A DNA stretch of 63,038 bases, the filler included, from Octopus bimaculoides (Eukaryota): assembly GCF_001194135.2 (NCBI RefSeq). It is 4 parts of 3 records of this genome, joined end to end, with 100 filler letters (N's around TTAATTAATTAA, not from the genome) between each part and the next. Parts side by side here need not be neighbours in the genome. Positions count along the whole stretch, not along the records: positions 21,208 to 50,638 come from NC_068983.1; 3 more parts are not named here. The stretch is one strand, 5' to 3'. Shown piece by piece: positions 23,131 through 37,420 of the stretch (its first letter is position 1; each line of letters begins with the position of its first letter). The notes under the pieces are model-generated. The model had not been told where the DNA came from, made no database searches, and worked only from the letters and a program-made list of their open reading frames with translations. Both the position numbers and the translations under genes were made by a program.

Positions 23131-24116
23131 TAAGAAAGAATATTAAACCAGGTAATTATTATCATCATGGTTTTAACGACCACTTTTCCATGCTTGCATG
23201 AGTCGGATGGGTATGTTGAAGCTGATTTTCTACAGCTGGAGGTCCTTGTTGTTGTTTCCAAGCAAGGCAATATTTCTCACGGCCAAATGTTTTCTGTAGA
23301 AGAGATTATGAACAAACATCAACACCACCACTTGTATAACAGTGATGGTTGTCGAAAATAATTTGGTGATGCCAAGGCCAGAATGTGTACACACTACCAG
23401 ATTCAGTCACAAGATTTTGGTCAGCCCTGAGCTAGAATTAGAAGACACTTGCTCAAGATGTCACGAAGTCGAAACCATGCAGTTGGGAAGTAAGCTTCTT
23501 AACACCCTACCCACCTCTGTTACTTTTGATGTATGGGGAAGCATGAAAGCACACCTGGCCCACTCTGTGAAGTGGTTGGTGTTAGGAAGGGCATCCAGCA
23601 GAGAGCGCGGAAACCATGTTGAAGCAGGCAGTGGAGCAAAATGTGGTCCATTGGATCCTGTCAACCCATCCAACCCAAGCCATCATGGGACATGGATGTC
23701 AATGATGATGATGATGTGGCTTTTTAAAATGTAAATTATACGAAATAAAGTGAAGGCCAATCTCAGAATAGTGAGTGTTAAGAAGGAGATGACAAAGGCC
23801 CATTGCTTTACTCAAGCTGACCTAAAAAGCACTGGTGATGGGGCTATGTTAAAAGCACCCAGTCCACTCTGTAAAGGGGTCGGCATTAGGAAGGGCATCT
23901 GACCTAGAAACCAAGCCAAAGAAGACTATGAAACTGGGTGTGGCTCCTGGCCTTGCCAGTTCCTGTCAAACCATCCAACTCATACCAGCATGGAAAACGG
24001 ATGTTGTTGATGATGATAATGATGACAGTATATTTTTGTTTCCCTCTGAAGAATGGAATTTAGTTTTGTGGTTCTTTTAATCAATCATTCTTCAATAACC
24101 ACAACGAAATCACTGA

Positions 24117-24353
<237 letters not shown>

Positions 24354-24651
24354 TAAATTGAATTTTTCACTTTTTAAACTCTCTTCTTCGCATGCATTGA
24401 GCTACTGTTTCTATTGTAGCCTTAGCGTTGCGAGCTGTACGATGACCTCACTGGGGCAGGTGCCTTGTAAAACAAACCCAGTCCACACTCTGTAAAGTGA
24501 TTGGTGTCAGGAAGGGCCTCCAGGTGTAGAAACCTTGCCAAAATAGACAACTGGAGCACCTGTCAGACTGTCCAACACCATCTAGCATGGAAGAAGGACT
24601 AAAAAAAAAAATGATGATGATGATTTTCAGCCAGACTGAAGAGAAAATTAA

Positions 24652-24865
24652 CCCTTTGGCATTTAAACTGGCTATATCCAGCCCAAGTATTTTCCCTGTT
24701 TTATGTTCAAACTGGCCTGATCCAGCCTCTCATACCTACCCTACAAGGTCATTCTAAAAATCAGCAATCACATTGAAATTTCTAAACTACAACATAATGC
24801 ATGATTAATTCAAAACAATGTCAATAAGTATTACATTCGATAGAGTGAAATGAATGTTAAAAGGG
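24652..24865. mobile_element. piggyBac-like MITE
   Basis: TTAA|ccctttggcattta ... gaatgttaaaaggg|TCAA (TTAA-type TSD, CCCTTT termini). Confidence 0.6.
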
Positions 24866-25761
24866 TCAATAGGTTATCTGCCAAAAGAATAGAGTGATTG
24901 ATAACCAATGACGGCCATCTTTTAGTAAGAAGATGCAAAAGACTTGACATAGTTAAACTGCTGCAAGTTACAATCTCAACTGATTTGTGTAATAAAGAAA
25001 ATTGGAAGACGAGGCTGTTAATGCTTTTATTGTAATATTTTGCCTTTGTGGACTTCAAATAAAGAATTTGGTAAAGTAACTCTATCAATATTTATCTGAA
25101 GTTTAGAGCATAAATCACCATGAAATTTTCATGTAAGTTTTTAATTTAGACCAGTTTATAATGGGAAATTTGTGTGATAGAACCAGATGGGTTGGTATGA
25201 AAAAAGTTGAAAAAAGACGGGCAGATGTTGAGTGTCTTAGGAATTGGTACAAAAGTGTTTAACTCCAAAGTGATTCAATTGATGACACACCAGCCACTTG
25301 TTTGAATTATTATTTATGTTTGGTTGATTATCAATGGAGACTGAAGAGTCCAACCTGCTAATTGTTATGCAACCAGTGTGATTCATCATCATCATCAAAC
25401 GTCTGTTTTCCATGCTGGCATGGGTTGTAGGGTTTAACCAGAGCTCTACCAGGATCCAGTCTGATTTGCATTGGTTTCTACAGCTCGATGCCCTTCTTAA
25501 TGCCAACCACTTTACAATGTGTGCTGGGTGCTTTTCATCTGGCACCAATATTCTGCTGGGATGTCTGCCAGGAGGAAATATTACCTTACAGGAAAGCGGT
25601 AAGGGTTGGCAGCAGGAAGAGCATCTAGCCATTGAAATTTACCTCAATAAATTCTGTCTGACTCATGCAATCATGGAAAAGTGAATATTAAAATGATGAT
25701 GATGATGATGGCGGTTTTAAATTCTTTGTTTTAATTTTCTTTTTTTTTTTTTCTCTTGAAG

Positions 25762-25903
25762 TTCCGGTGAAGGAGAAAGAAGTCACGAACCCACCTTCAG
25801 TGGTCTCTTTTCTTATCATGTACCTACAAACACGTGGCGTAAGCTCCAGGAAGATTGCAGTGAAGTTCGGTCACGCATTGGTCATTCAATGTTATTCCAT
25901 CCA
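25762..25903 (+). CDS. MKLN1: Muskelin exon
   Basis: ttgaag|T...CCA|gtgagt, 142 nt, phase 2/0. SGEGERSHEPTFSGLFSYHVPTNTWRKLQEDCSEVRSRIGHSMLFHP. Confidence 0.95.
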
Positions 25904-27390
25904 GTGAGTTCCAACCATTTTTATTTTGTTTTTGCTTGTTTCGGTTATTGGATTGTGCCCATGCTGGGGCACCATGTTGAAGGGTTTAGTCAAGCAAATT
26001 GACCCCAGAACCTTTTTTTTTTAAGTCTTGTACTTATATCTGTCGCTTTTACTGAACTGTTAGGTTACAGGTATGAAAACAAGTCAACACTGGTTCTCAA
26101 GCAGTGCGGGAACAAACAAAGATGTGTACTCACACAGAGGCTTCCACACAGTTTCCATCTATGAAATTCGCTGACAAGGCATTTGGTCAACCAGGGGCTA
26201 TAATAGAAGACACTTGCTTAAGGTCCCGTATGGTAGGACTGAGCCCCCAAATCACATGGTTGCAAAACAAACTTCTTAGCAACCTAGCAGTGTCTTTGTT
26301 TGTATTTCTTTATTATTTATTCTTCAGAATATTCTACAAGAAAAGCTTTTCTAATTTATTTTTTCTTTATTTATGCAACAACTAATTAAATATATTCAAT
26401 CAGAACAACTTACAAAGATTCAACCGTTTTGACATCGTTTCTGTTTCAAGATCAAATCCTGTCCCACCCCTTTTACTCTTTTGCAAACTTGCCCACCCAC
26501 CCTTTCCTTTCTCCCTATTCTCTGTCTCTTACAATCACCACCTTGTACTCTGAAGAGACACCCTCACCCTCTCTTTCTCTCTTTCTCATTTGGGCAAGCT
26601 ATGTCTCTTACTTCTCTCTCTCTCTCTATCATGCTTTAACCTCTCAATGTCTGATATAAAGCCACCTTCGTCAATACTGTATCCCCACTTAGTCGAGAGC
26701 GAGGTTTCTTCTTTGTCTCATGAATAACTTGGTGATTTCACTTGTGCCATAGGAAAGGCATCGCTTGTTGGACTGTTCAGCCGATGCCATTGATGGAAGA
26801 ATCATGATGATGTTTGAGAAATTTATTCTTTAAACTGACTTCATTATTAATTGTAATTGTTAAAAGAATTATTTAAGAAAAATGTTTTCATTTATTTTCA
26901 ATGTGTCTCCCCCCCCCCCNNNNNNNNNNNNNNNNNNNNNNCCCACTGTTCCCTGTGGGCAGGCCTTCTCTCTCTCCCTCACTGTTCCCTGTAGGTAGGC
27001 CCTCTCTCTCTCTCACTATGAATGTCTATCTTTCTGTCTGTCCCACTTCCTTCCCCTTCCTTGCCCTGCTGGGATAGCCAAGTATCTCTTCTCTAGTAAG
27101 ACAGCCATCCCTATATCTATCATACATCAATCTCTCATCTGGTACATGGCCACATCTTTTGGTTCCCCCCACTCTCAGCTGTCTGGTGACCCCACAAATG
27201 CTGGTTAAAAGCACCTGTGCTGGTGCCTCATAAAAAGTACCCAGTACATACTCTGTAAAGTGGTTGGCATTAGGAAAGGCATCCAGCTGTAGAAACCATG
27301 CTAAAACACAACTGAAGCTTGGTGCAGGTCTCCAGCTTGTCAGCTCCTTGTCAAACTGTCCAACCCATGCCAGCATGGAAAAACAATTAA

Positions 27391-27606
<216 letters not shown>

Positions 27607-27616
27607 TAAGGCTTCC

Positions 27617-27960
27617 TTAAACCCCCTAATCCAGCAAAGACAAGTTAACTTGTCTTCACACCCAATTTGTCTTTTTCAGAGTGCGACGAGTAAACTCATC
27701 CAAAACATATTATTTCAAAAAGAGCCACAGACGAGTTTCTACATCAATTCTCGGCATTTCTCAGTTTTCTTTTTTTTGTTTTTTTTTTAGTTTTCTTTTT
27801 TTATGAGTTACACCCAGATGTTGAGCTCAAAAGATGACAATGAGTATGAACCTTCTATTAGAAGCTTGGATACATCAGATGAAAGTGCAAGCTCATCTGA
27901 TAAAGAAAATTTGTCTGAAAATGAACCATTTTCTCCCCAAAAAAACGTTACTGGGGAAGG
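27617..27960 (+). mobile_element. Possible piggyBac-like 5' remnant (acidic N-terminus)
   Basis: TTAA-(a)cccc start; palindromic subterminal motifs gacaagttaacttgtc and gacgagtaaactcatc; S/D/E-rich ORF SSKDDNEYEPS...DTSDESASSSDKEN. Confidence 0.35.
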
Positions 27961-28947
27961 GGTTAGGGGAATGTCTTATGTTTGTTTTGGGGTCATTGTT
28001 TTGAATCCTCGGAAAATTACTCTTATATTCACTGTTTTGTACCTTGTGAGTGTGCTCTGGCACCCTGACCATGTTTAACTCTCTCCCATCCCAATATAAT
28101 GCAAGGATACCCATCTAGATCCTCAATAGCAAGTCACCTGTGCTCATCCCTCTATCGCACCTAAGCCTCTGAACACCTAATATAAAACCCCTGCCCCATC
28201 CTCACATACATTCCCACTCAATCAAGGGGCCTTTTCCCTTTCTCTTTCTGTTTCTTGCAAATTACTTGTTGACCTCATTTGTTACAATTCCATGAAAAAA
28301 GCACCCAGTCCACTCTGTAAAGTGGTTGGTGTTAGGAAGGACGTCCAGCCATAGAAACCATGTTAAATAAAACTTCAGAGCTCAACACAGTCCTATGGCT
28401 TGTCAGATCCTATCAAACTGCCCAATCCATGCCAGCATGGAAAACAAACTTTTATAGTCCACAGATACTAGATATTATATAAGGAGAGAACATTTAGCAT
28501 AGATTTGTCTTTTGTTTTCTCTCACAGATTAGTTTGGTGTACACATGTCACAAAGATTCATCATCCACAATACCTGACTTCTCAGTCATGTCATAAAGAC
28601 TGACTCTACTTGTTCATAAATAGTGTTTATACATTCTCCTCAGTGATAATGTTTAAATAACATTTGTGTCAAGGCCAAACACTCTTCTATATTCAGTGAT
28701 TAAAGTAAATTTATACTCTGTTTAGTGATGTAGTTAAAAGGTTCTGTGGTTTGGTAAAACTTGGAACATAAACAGACATATTGAAGTGAACAGACAAACA
28801 ATGAAACATGAAGAGATTAGATTTTTGTATTGATATCATACTTACAATAAATCAGGGCAGAAATTTATGAAACCTTACAAAAGGGACCGATTCTCATGCA
28901 TGACCATTTGAAATTTAATGTCTAATTCTTTATTTTTAACCTTACAG

Positions 28948-29015
28948 TCCCAGCTGCTGGATTCACACAGAGAGCCACTATTGATCCAGGCTTAAATGAA
29001 ATTCATGTATTATCA
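28948..29015 (+). CDS. MKLN1: Muskelin exon
   Basis: cttacag|TC...TCA|gtgagt, 68 nt, phase 1/0. (I)PAAGFTQRATIDPGLNEIHVLS. Confidence 0.96.
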
Positions 29016-29728
29016 GTGAGTAATGTCCACGTTTCCATGCTTGCATGAGTCAAACAAAATTTATTGAGGTAGATTTTCTACAGGTGCTGGCCTTCCCTGT
29101 CACTAACCCTCACCTGTTTTCAAGCATGATTATATTCCTCCATGGCCAGACCTGTTTTTGCAGAATATTGGAAATTAATGACATTTATTTACAACATTTA
29201 AACAATGTCATCACAAAGACGCTCACTCACACACGCATACACACAATAGGTTTCTTTCAGTTTCCATTGAGCAGATCTACTCGCAAGGCTTTGGTGAGCC
29301 CAGGGCTATATTAGAAGACATTTGCTCACAGTGTGCCATGCAATGGGACTGAACTCCAAACCCTGTGGCTGCGCAGCAAACTTCTCAACCACACAACCAC
29401 ACCTGTGCCAATGGGACAGCATTTAATCAAGACTCAGTTTTACCTGTTGGTTTAGAATTAAGTTTAAGGCTTAAATGGGATTCGTTATTTCTTTTTTTTT
29501 TCTGTATTGTTTTTAAACAAGAGATCAAGTGAGATGATCTGTGGTTTCCAAAGACTCAGGTGTGGTTGAAGTGGGTGGGGAGTATGAAGAAGTTTGATTC
29601 CCAAAAACATGGTTATGGGTTCAGTCCCAATGTCTGACGTCTTCTACTACAGTCCTGGATTGACCAGAACCTTGTGAGTGGATTTGGTGGACAGAAACTG
29701 CAAAGAAGCCTATTGTGTGCATGTGTGC

Positions 29729-30620
29729 AAGGGACTCTCACTCAGAGTAAAAGGCAGACTGTATGACGCATGTGTACGAACAGCCATGCTACATGGCAGT
29801 GAAACATGGGCTGTGACTGCTGAGGACATGCGTAAGCTCGCAAGGAATGAAGCCAGTATGTTCCGCTGGATGTGTAATGTCAGTGTGCATACCCGTCAGA
29901 GTGTAAGTATCTTGAGAGAAAAGCTGAACATTAGAAGCATCAGTTGTGGCGTGCAAGAGAGACGATTGCGCTGGTATGGACATGTGGTGAGAATGGATGA
30001 GGATAGCTGCGTGAAAAAGTGCCACACCCTAACAGTTGAGGGAACCCGTGGNNNNNNNNNNNNNNNNNNNNNNNNNNNNNNNNNNNNNNNNNNNNNNNNN
30101 NNNNNNNNNNNNNNNNNNNNNNNNNNNNNNNNNNNNNNNNNNNNNNNNNNNNNNNNNNNNNNNNNNNNNNNNNNNNNNNNNNNNNNNNNNNNNNNNNNNN
30201 NNNNNNNNNNNNNNNNNNNNNNNNNNNNNNNNNNNNNNNNNNNNNNNNNNNNNNNNNNNNNNNNNNNNNNNNNNNNNNNNNNTGCCAGTACTGCCTGACT
30301 GGCCTTCATAGGATTTTCGAGCGAGATCGTTGCCAGTGCCTATGGACTGGCTCTTGTGCGGGTGGCACATAAAAGACACCATTTTGAGCGTGGCCGTTGC
30401 CAGTACCGCCTGACTGGCCCTCGTGCGGGTGACACGTAAAAGCACCCACTACACTCTCTGAGTGGTTGGCGTTAGGAAGGGCATCCAGCTGTAGAAACTC
30501 TGCCAAATTAGATTGGAGCCTGGTGTTGCCATCCGGTTTCACCAGTCCTCAGTCAAATCGTCCAACCCATGCTAGCATGGAAAGCGGACGTTAAAAGATG
30601 ATGATGATGATGATGATGAT
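29729..30620 (+). mobile_element. RTE-clade LINE 3' fragment with 3' UTR and (GAT)n tail, fused behind a SINE A head
   Basis: KGLSLRVKGRLYDACVRTAMLHGSETW...ERRLRWYGHVVRMDEDSCVKKC...VEGTRG, then an N gap, then the aggaagggcatccagctgtagaaac...cgttaaa(gat)n tail. Confidence 0.9.
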
Positions 30621-31692
30621 GTGTGTTTATATTTGTGTATGCTTCAAAGAAAGTATCCGAGCACCGTCACCTGTCAATAAATCATCCACTGAAAGCGGAG
30701 AGCTGGCAGAATTGTTAGCACACCAAGCCAAGATGCTTTGTGGCATTTCATAAATCTTTATGTTCTGAGTTTAAGTTCCGCTGAGGTCGACTTTGCCTTT
30801 CATCCTTTCACAGTTGATAAAACAAGCACCAGTTGAGTATTGGGTTTACTCTTGATATTTCTGGCCTTGTGCCAAAATGTGAAACCAATAAATCATTCAT
30901 TTTGTTTCATGGCTTTAAAGCACAAAAAAAAGAGNNNNNNNNNNTACTTACACTCTGACGGGTTAAAACAAATTGAGCATGAAACTTCTAATAATTGTTT
31001 CAGGCCTGTCATTTGCCAATTGATATATGCATGTATATGCATACTTTTGCAATTAGCCTTTCTTGATACCAACCTTCAGAAGACCACTCCTGGTTCTATA
31101 AATGCAAAGTTCATGTTAATCTTTGTTCCAAGCACCAACATAATAAGGACATTTTATTTTAATTCTTATTTTCAAAATTAATTGGAACAAACAGTGTATT
31201 TCAACAGAAATCCGGTAACTAAACGGATTCATAGAATTAACTTTAAAATTGGCTTAGTTTGACTTTGGTTATTCTGCACATTTGATTTGTAAAGTTATCT
31301 CTACTGATTTTTCACAGAAACTAGAGCCAACACTGGAAGTTACTACGTTATGAATATGCTTATGTAAACAATGCTGTCAAGGATAGGAGATGGATGTATA
31401 TGCACATTTCAGGAGTTCTTGCTCTTTCTTCAGCACCACATTAACCATCCATGAACTCATTGCTTAAATAACCACCAAATGTAGTGTTGTAAGACAATTG
31501 GATATATCTGTAGAGATAACTTCAAAAAGTGACTAAATAGCATCACCCACACAGATGTGACACCCTGTTGACTTAGAAGCCTTTAATATACTTGGTAGTA
31601 GTTCAGTCCCATTTGCAGGCAGTGACCTGAATAATAATAATACCATCGAAAAATACCTTAGGAATGAGAACCCAGGTTCGAAATTTCCCCAA

Positions 31693-31738
31693 GACACCTG
31701 AAGAAGGCTGGAGGGTATATCAGCTGAAACGTTGTGTT
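31693..31738 (+). ncRNA. Near-intact minimal type I hammerhead ribozyme motif (Penelope-like) in a muskelin intron
   Basis: GACAC-CTGAAGA-A-GGCTG(gagggtatat)CAGCT-GAA-ACGT-T-GTGTT: stem I, canonical core, 5-bp stem II, palindromic stem III, GUU triplet. Confidence 0.65.
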
Positions 31739-32020
31739 AACAACAAACAAGATGAGGACAAATATCTGTCAAATGTAAATAATGTCCATAATTCCTCATC
31801 TCTTAAATATAGAACTGTATTTTTATATAAAACAGTGTGGTTCACATCAGTCTTTGTTCCATTGTCAATTCGTCTATTTTCTCTTCCTATCAATAGACAT
31901 CATTGTTTGGCTTATTATGTGTATTGTTACCTGGGAGTTATTTTTTTCCCCTTTTATTATAACCCCCTTTTTATACGCATGGGAATTCTTGATATTTTTA
32001 TATTTCTGTTATTTTTTCAG

Positions 32021-32097
32021 GGTTTAAGTAAAGACAAAGACAAAAGAGACAACGTGAAAAATTCTTTTTGGGTCTACGACATCGACAAGAACCGATG
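32021..32097 (+). CDS. MKLN1: Muskelin exon
   Basis: ttttcag|GGT...TG|gtaatt, 77 nt, phase 0/2. GLSKDKDKRDNVKNSFWVYDIDKNR(W). Confidence 0.96.
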
Positions 32098-32534
32098 GTA
32101 ATTATTGTTATTAAGTCTTTTAAATTAATAATTGATTGGTGTTTGTGTGTGAATGAGGTGGGGGTGGCTCTGAGTGAGGAGACATACAATGAGGCCAAAA
32201 CATTGATATTTCAAATTCCCCTTACATCAAAGAATTGTGTGTGTTATGGACCAATATCGTCTAAAGAGAGAGGTTCTACTGATAAAAACCAAGATCAATC
32301 AAATTTTTGGATTTGGCAGGATGGTCTGTGTGTACTCCATGAATTATTATCTGTTTGATAGATATCAGCATGCGTCAGCAAATAATTTGGCTGCTGAATT
32401 ATATAAACGAGATGTTATGCTTTTGTGTTAGAACCATCTGCCAGGGAGGATAGCTTTGACTGAAGAGACATACAATAAGGTTGAAACACCATGGTGTCTC
32501 AAAGTCTCATTTCAGTGGTGAATTACATGTGCTA

Positions 32535-32875
32535 TGAATATCATCGTTTAACGTCCGCTTTCCATGCTAGCATGGGTTGGACGATTTGACTGAGGACTGG
32601 TGAACCAGATGGCTGCACCAGGCTCCAATCTGATTTGGCAGAGTTTCTACAGTTGGATGCTCTTCCTAACGCCAACCACTCAGAGAGTGTAGTGGGTGCT
32701 TTTACGTGTCACCCGCACGAAGGTCAGTCAGGCAGTACTGGCAACGGCCATGCTCAAAATGGTGTATTTTATGTGCCACCCTCACAGGAGCCAGTCCAGG
32801 GGCACTGGCAACGATCTCGCTCGAAAATCCTATGAAGGCCAGTCAGGCAGTACTGGCAACGGCCACGCTACACAT
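32535..32875 (-). mobile_element. RTE 3' UTR/tail repeat (family C)
   Basis: Reverse complement of the 30290-30620 tail, including repeated gccagtcaggcagtactggcaac units. Confidence 0.85.
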
Positions 32876-33958
32876 CATCTAAAGGAAAGAGATATTCTCT
32901 GATGACAAATGCCAACATCAATCAGATATTCATGTTTGAATTTACAGGAATATATTGAGAATGAATTTTTAAATTAGTTTTATGGAATCAAATTTTTCAG
33001 TGTAATGTTCAACTTTTTTTATTGTAAAGTTTCAATGTTCTTATGAAGTGCTGTTGTTATTTGTTTGAATCAAGAGTCGACTATTTAAGGTTCAAATGTT
33101 AAATTGTATTAAAACTCACCAAAATCAGTTTTGAAATAATCTGCACATCTTTGAGGTTTTGCATTTTAATCTGTTTTATTATTCCAATTCTTTAATCCAA
33201 ATACTTACAATATATTATGATGCATGTGTGTGTGTTTAGCCAATTCACTCAGTCCCTGTCTATAATTATAGACGTTAATTAATTACTGATTATACTGGGA
33301 TGATGTCTCACACATGGAATGGAATAGGCTTAGAATGTGGTGAAAGATTTCCACAAATCTGAAAGTTAATCTCATAATAAAATTCTAACCAGTTTAATAG
33401 GGGTAGGGGAAGCATGGCTGTATGGTTAACAAGTTGGCTTCCTGAACCCTATAGTTTCAAGTTCAATCCCACTGTGTATATTGTAGCCCTGAGCCAACTA
33501 AAGCCTTGTAGGTAGATTGGTAGATGGAAACTGAAAGAAGCCGATTATGTGTGTGTGTATGCATTTGTGTGTGATAGTTGAAAATGAGTGGCACTCATAA
33601 AAATAGTTCCATTCCTTTCCAGTCTGGATTTGCTTGTAAATAGGTGATGGCTGTTGAGAAGAAGGACATTCAGCCAAAGAAAATCTGACTCCTGCAATCA
33701 TGGAAAAGAGGATGTTAAATTGATGATGATGATGATGATAAAATGTTGTTACAAGTTCTTCACAGTTCTATACTTGTGTGTTCAGCTTCCACAGCCAAAA
33801 AAAAAACCCCCTCTTTTTTTTGGAACAATGGTAACCTGAGACTTCATTCTGTCTGTTGAAGTAGATTTTGTTATTGTGTTAAAATAATGTCACTGTTACA
33901 GGAATTGCCATGATTGAGTGGAATTAGTTGTGCATAATGTATTCTATCAACTTTTCAG

Positions 33959-34070
33959 GTCATGTATATATAAAAATGAGAACACAGGGCAACAGTATTG
34001 GAACAAGATGCAGCATGTGGAACCGGTTCCTCGTTTTGCACATCAATTAGTCTATGACCACCACAGGAAG
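33959..34070 (+). CDS. MKLN1: Muskelin exon
   Basis: ttttcag|G...AAG|gtttgt, 112 nt, phase 2/0. SCIYKNENTGQQYWNKMQHVEPVPRFAHQLVYDHHRK. Confidence 0.95.
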
Positions 34071-35627
34071 GTTTGTAACACTGGCTTTTTTTGTTTGTTT
34101 GTGTTGTTGTTGTTATACTTTCAGTAGCACCAAAGAATCGTACCAAAATTGGTCGTTAATTTTAACAACCATTGTAAAAGCATCACACATATTACAATGG
34201 ATTTTCAGGAAACAAAATTTGTGATTGAATTTGTATTTCACCAATCCGAGATAAAAGATTTCATGCTTTTTTCCCTTTTTCTATGGATCAGAAGTTAGGA
34301 GTTTAGTTTGATGGTCCCTGGAAATGTTGCTCTGTCCATCCCTCACCCACCCACACTTTATATTCTCCTCTCACTTCTACTCACCTTCTGTTTTGACAGT
34401 CAACCCTCGTACGTCATCACAACTATTTTATTTCATTCCACCTCCACCCTGACAAACCCTACCTCTCTTGCTTGCTCTAGCTCTTCTATAACCAAAAAAA
34501 AAACACCTCTTCTGTTCTGGCACCTTACTTTCATAGGGGCTCTCATCTCACATCATAAATCCCCCACCTCCCCACCTCCCCACTGTGCCTTCCTCAGTCA
34601 GAGGAGACCATAGTCTTTCAGGCTGCAGGACAACTTCTCTGGTGCTGGTGCCATGAAACGAAGCACCCGATCCATGCTGTAAACTGTTTGGTGTTAGGAA
34701 AGACATAGAAACCATACCCAAAGCAGACATTTTGGCACCTGATGCAGTCTTCGGGACCCATCAGATCCTGTCAAACCATTCAACTCTTTTGCCAGCATGG
34801 AACATGGATGGTGACAGTGATGATGATGATGATATATAACTTAGTGAATCTCTTTGGAATAACTTCCCAACCAATATTTATTTAGCTTTTATTCTAGTTT
34901 TATTCACTAATTTAAAGAACAGGTTCTACAAATAGGAAAGAAAGGAAGATTATTTTTATGTTTCCCTTCAAGAATTATTCTATGCTTTCAGCAAAACAAG
35001 AACCAAAATCGTCTGCAATTTCTTCAGTCAATGGTTTCATCTTTTAGCTTTTTTTTTACTTGTCTTAATCATTGGACTGCGACCATGCTGGGGCTCCGCA
35101 CTGAAGGGTTTTAGTCAAAGAAATCGATCCCAGGGTTTATCTTTTTTGAAGTCTGGTACTTATTCTATCCGTCTCATGTTACTGAACTGCTTAGTTACAG
35201 GAAGTTAACAAACCAACACCAAGTGGGAAGTGGACAAACGCAGATAGACGTGTATGTAAATATATACATACATACCATCATCATCATCGTTTAACATCCG
35301 CTTTCCCTGCTGGTTTGGCAGGTTTAGCAAATCAGCTGGATTATGTAAATATCACAAATCTCTGCCCCAGCTGCTGCTGCTAAGAGAATCATTGGGGTGT
35401 TGTAAAAAAAATACCTTGCAATGTTTCTGAGTTCAAATTCAACCAAAGTCAACATTGCCCTTCATTTCAAGGTCAATAAAATAAAGTGGTGGTGGTGGTG
35501 GTGGTGGGGATGTAATCAACTGACCCCTATCCTTCAAAATTTCAGACTTTCTACCTATAGTAAAATCAATTGTTATAATCTACAAACGTGGATGTCTTTA
35601 TGTATGACAATGTTTTCTACCTGTTAA

Positions 35628-35783
<156 letters not shown>

Positions 35784-36644
35784 TAAATAGATTTCTTCTA
35801 AATTCTTTTTTAATGTAACACAAATTTGTTTTGTTGAGGTTTATTTCTTCCTGTTTTCACGCGTGGCTGTGTAGGAGCTGTGTGTGCATGTACAGCTGGA
35901 CCCTTCGCCAAATTCCTTCTTCAAGACACTCCCTAAGCTGCAGCTTTTCGTTAATACCATGCTTCTTATTATCCAGGATCATCATTTCACTTGTTATCTA
36001 TCCTTCATCCATTAATACAATCCTCTCCTCATTGATCACCTCCCCCTCCCCCACCAAATTATCTCTCCTCTCCCAACCCCATGTCTCTCACCCTCCTTAC
36101 ACACAATGCCTGCCTTCCTCTTCCCCACCCACGACTACAACCTGCCTAACATCATATCATCTCTCTCTCTTGTCCTTCTCCTGTCTATTCTATCATTTGT
36201 TACCATTCTGCTGCTCTGCTCTGTCGCTCATCTTCTTCCTCTCCTTCCCCTCTCTCTTCTCTCATTGGTGCTACCCTAACTCTCCTTCTCTCTCATTCAT
36301 TCCTCATCTGTTCCCCACCAATTCTCTTGCAACTATTTTAAATAATTAAAAGAACTGATGAGCTGGCAGAATCATTAACAAGTTGAATCAAATGATTAAT
36401 GCCATTTCTTCCAACTCTTTGTGTTCTGAGCTCAAATCCCACCAAAGTCACCTTCGCCTTCCATCCTTTCAGGATGAATTAAATAAGGTATGAGTGAAGT
36501 ATTGGGATTGATGTTCCCTCCTCCCTAAAATTGTTGGCCTTGTGCCAAAATTAGAAACCATTATTATTATTATTTAGTTAGCAGATATTTTGTCTTGAGG
36601 TTTGGTGACAACTCACCTCAAATCTCATGAATCTCTCTTTTTTA

Positions 36645-36968
36645 GGTGGCCGGTGCCAGTACTGCCTGACTGGCACATAAAAAGCACCATTTCAGTGTGA
36701 GCGATGTCAATGCAAGACTGTGCTGGTGACACATGAAAAGTGCCATAGGAACGTGGTTGATGCCAGTGCTACCTGACTGGTCCCATGCTGGTAGCACGTA
36801 AAAAGCACCCACTACACTCTCAGAGTAGTTGGCATTAGGAAGGGCATCCAGCTGTAGAAACCTTGCCAGATCAGATTGGAGCTTGGTGCAGCCTCCTGAC
36901 TTGCCAGTTCGCAGTCAAATCGTCCAACCCATGCCAGCATGGAAAGTGGACGTTAAACGACGATGATG
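36645..36968 (+). mobile_element. RTE tail repeat (family C)
   Basis: aaaagcacccactacactc...aggaagggcatccagctgtagaaac...ggacgttaaacgacgatgatg. Confidence 0.85.
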
Positions 36969-37039
36969 GTTCATTTCCTGCACGAGTAATTGCTGTCTTG
37001 GTCTTCCACAGTCTCCTCAGCTTTCTGGCTAGATCTTGA

Positions 37040-37420
37040 TCATCATCATCATCATTTAACATATGTTTTCCATGCTGGCATGGGTTGGACGGTTTGACTG
37101 TGGTCTGGAGAGCCAGCAGCTGCACCAGGCTCCAATCTGATCTGGCAGAGTTTTCACAGCTGGATGCTCTTCCTAACACCAACCACTCCAAGAGTGTAGT
37201 GGGTGCTTTTTACGTGCCACCTGCACAAGGAGCCAGTCAGGTGGACCTGGCATCGATCACGTTCGAATAGTGCTTTTTATGTGCCACTGGCACAGGGGCC
37301 AGTCGGAGAGTACTAGCATCAGCCACGTTCAGATGGTGCTTTTATGTGCCACCAGCACAGGAGCCAGTCAGGAGAACCTGACATCGACTGCATTCGGATA
37401 ATGCTTTCTCAATGCCACCG
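37040..37420 (-). mobile_element. RTE tail repeat (family C), inverted
   Basis: catcatcat...ccatgctggcatgggttggacg...gagtgtagtgggtgcttttt. Confidence 0.85.
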
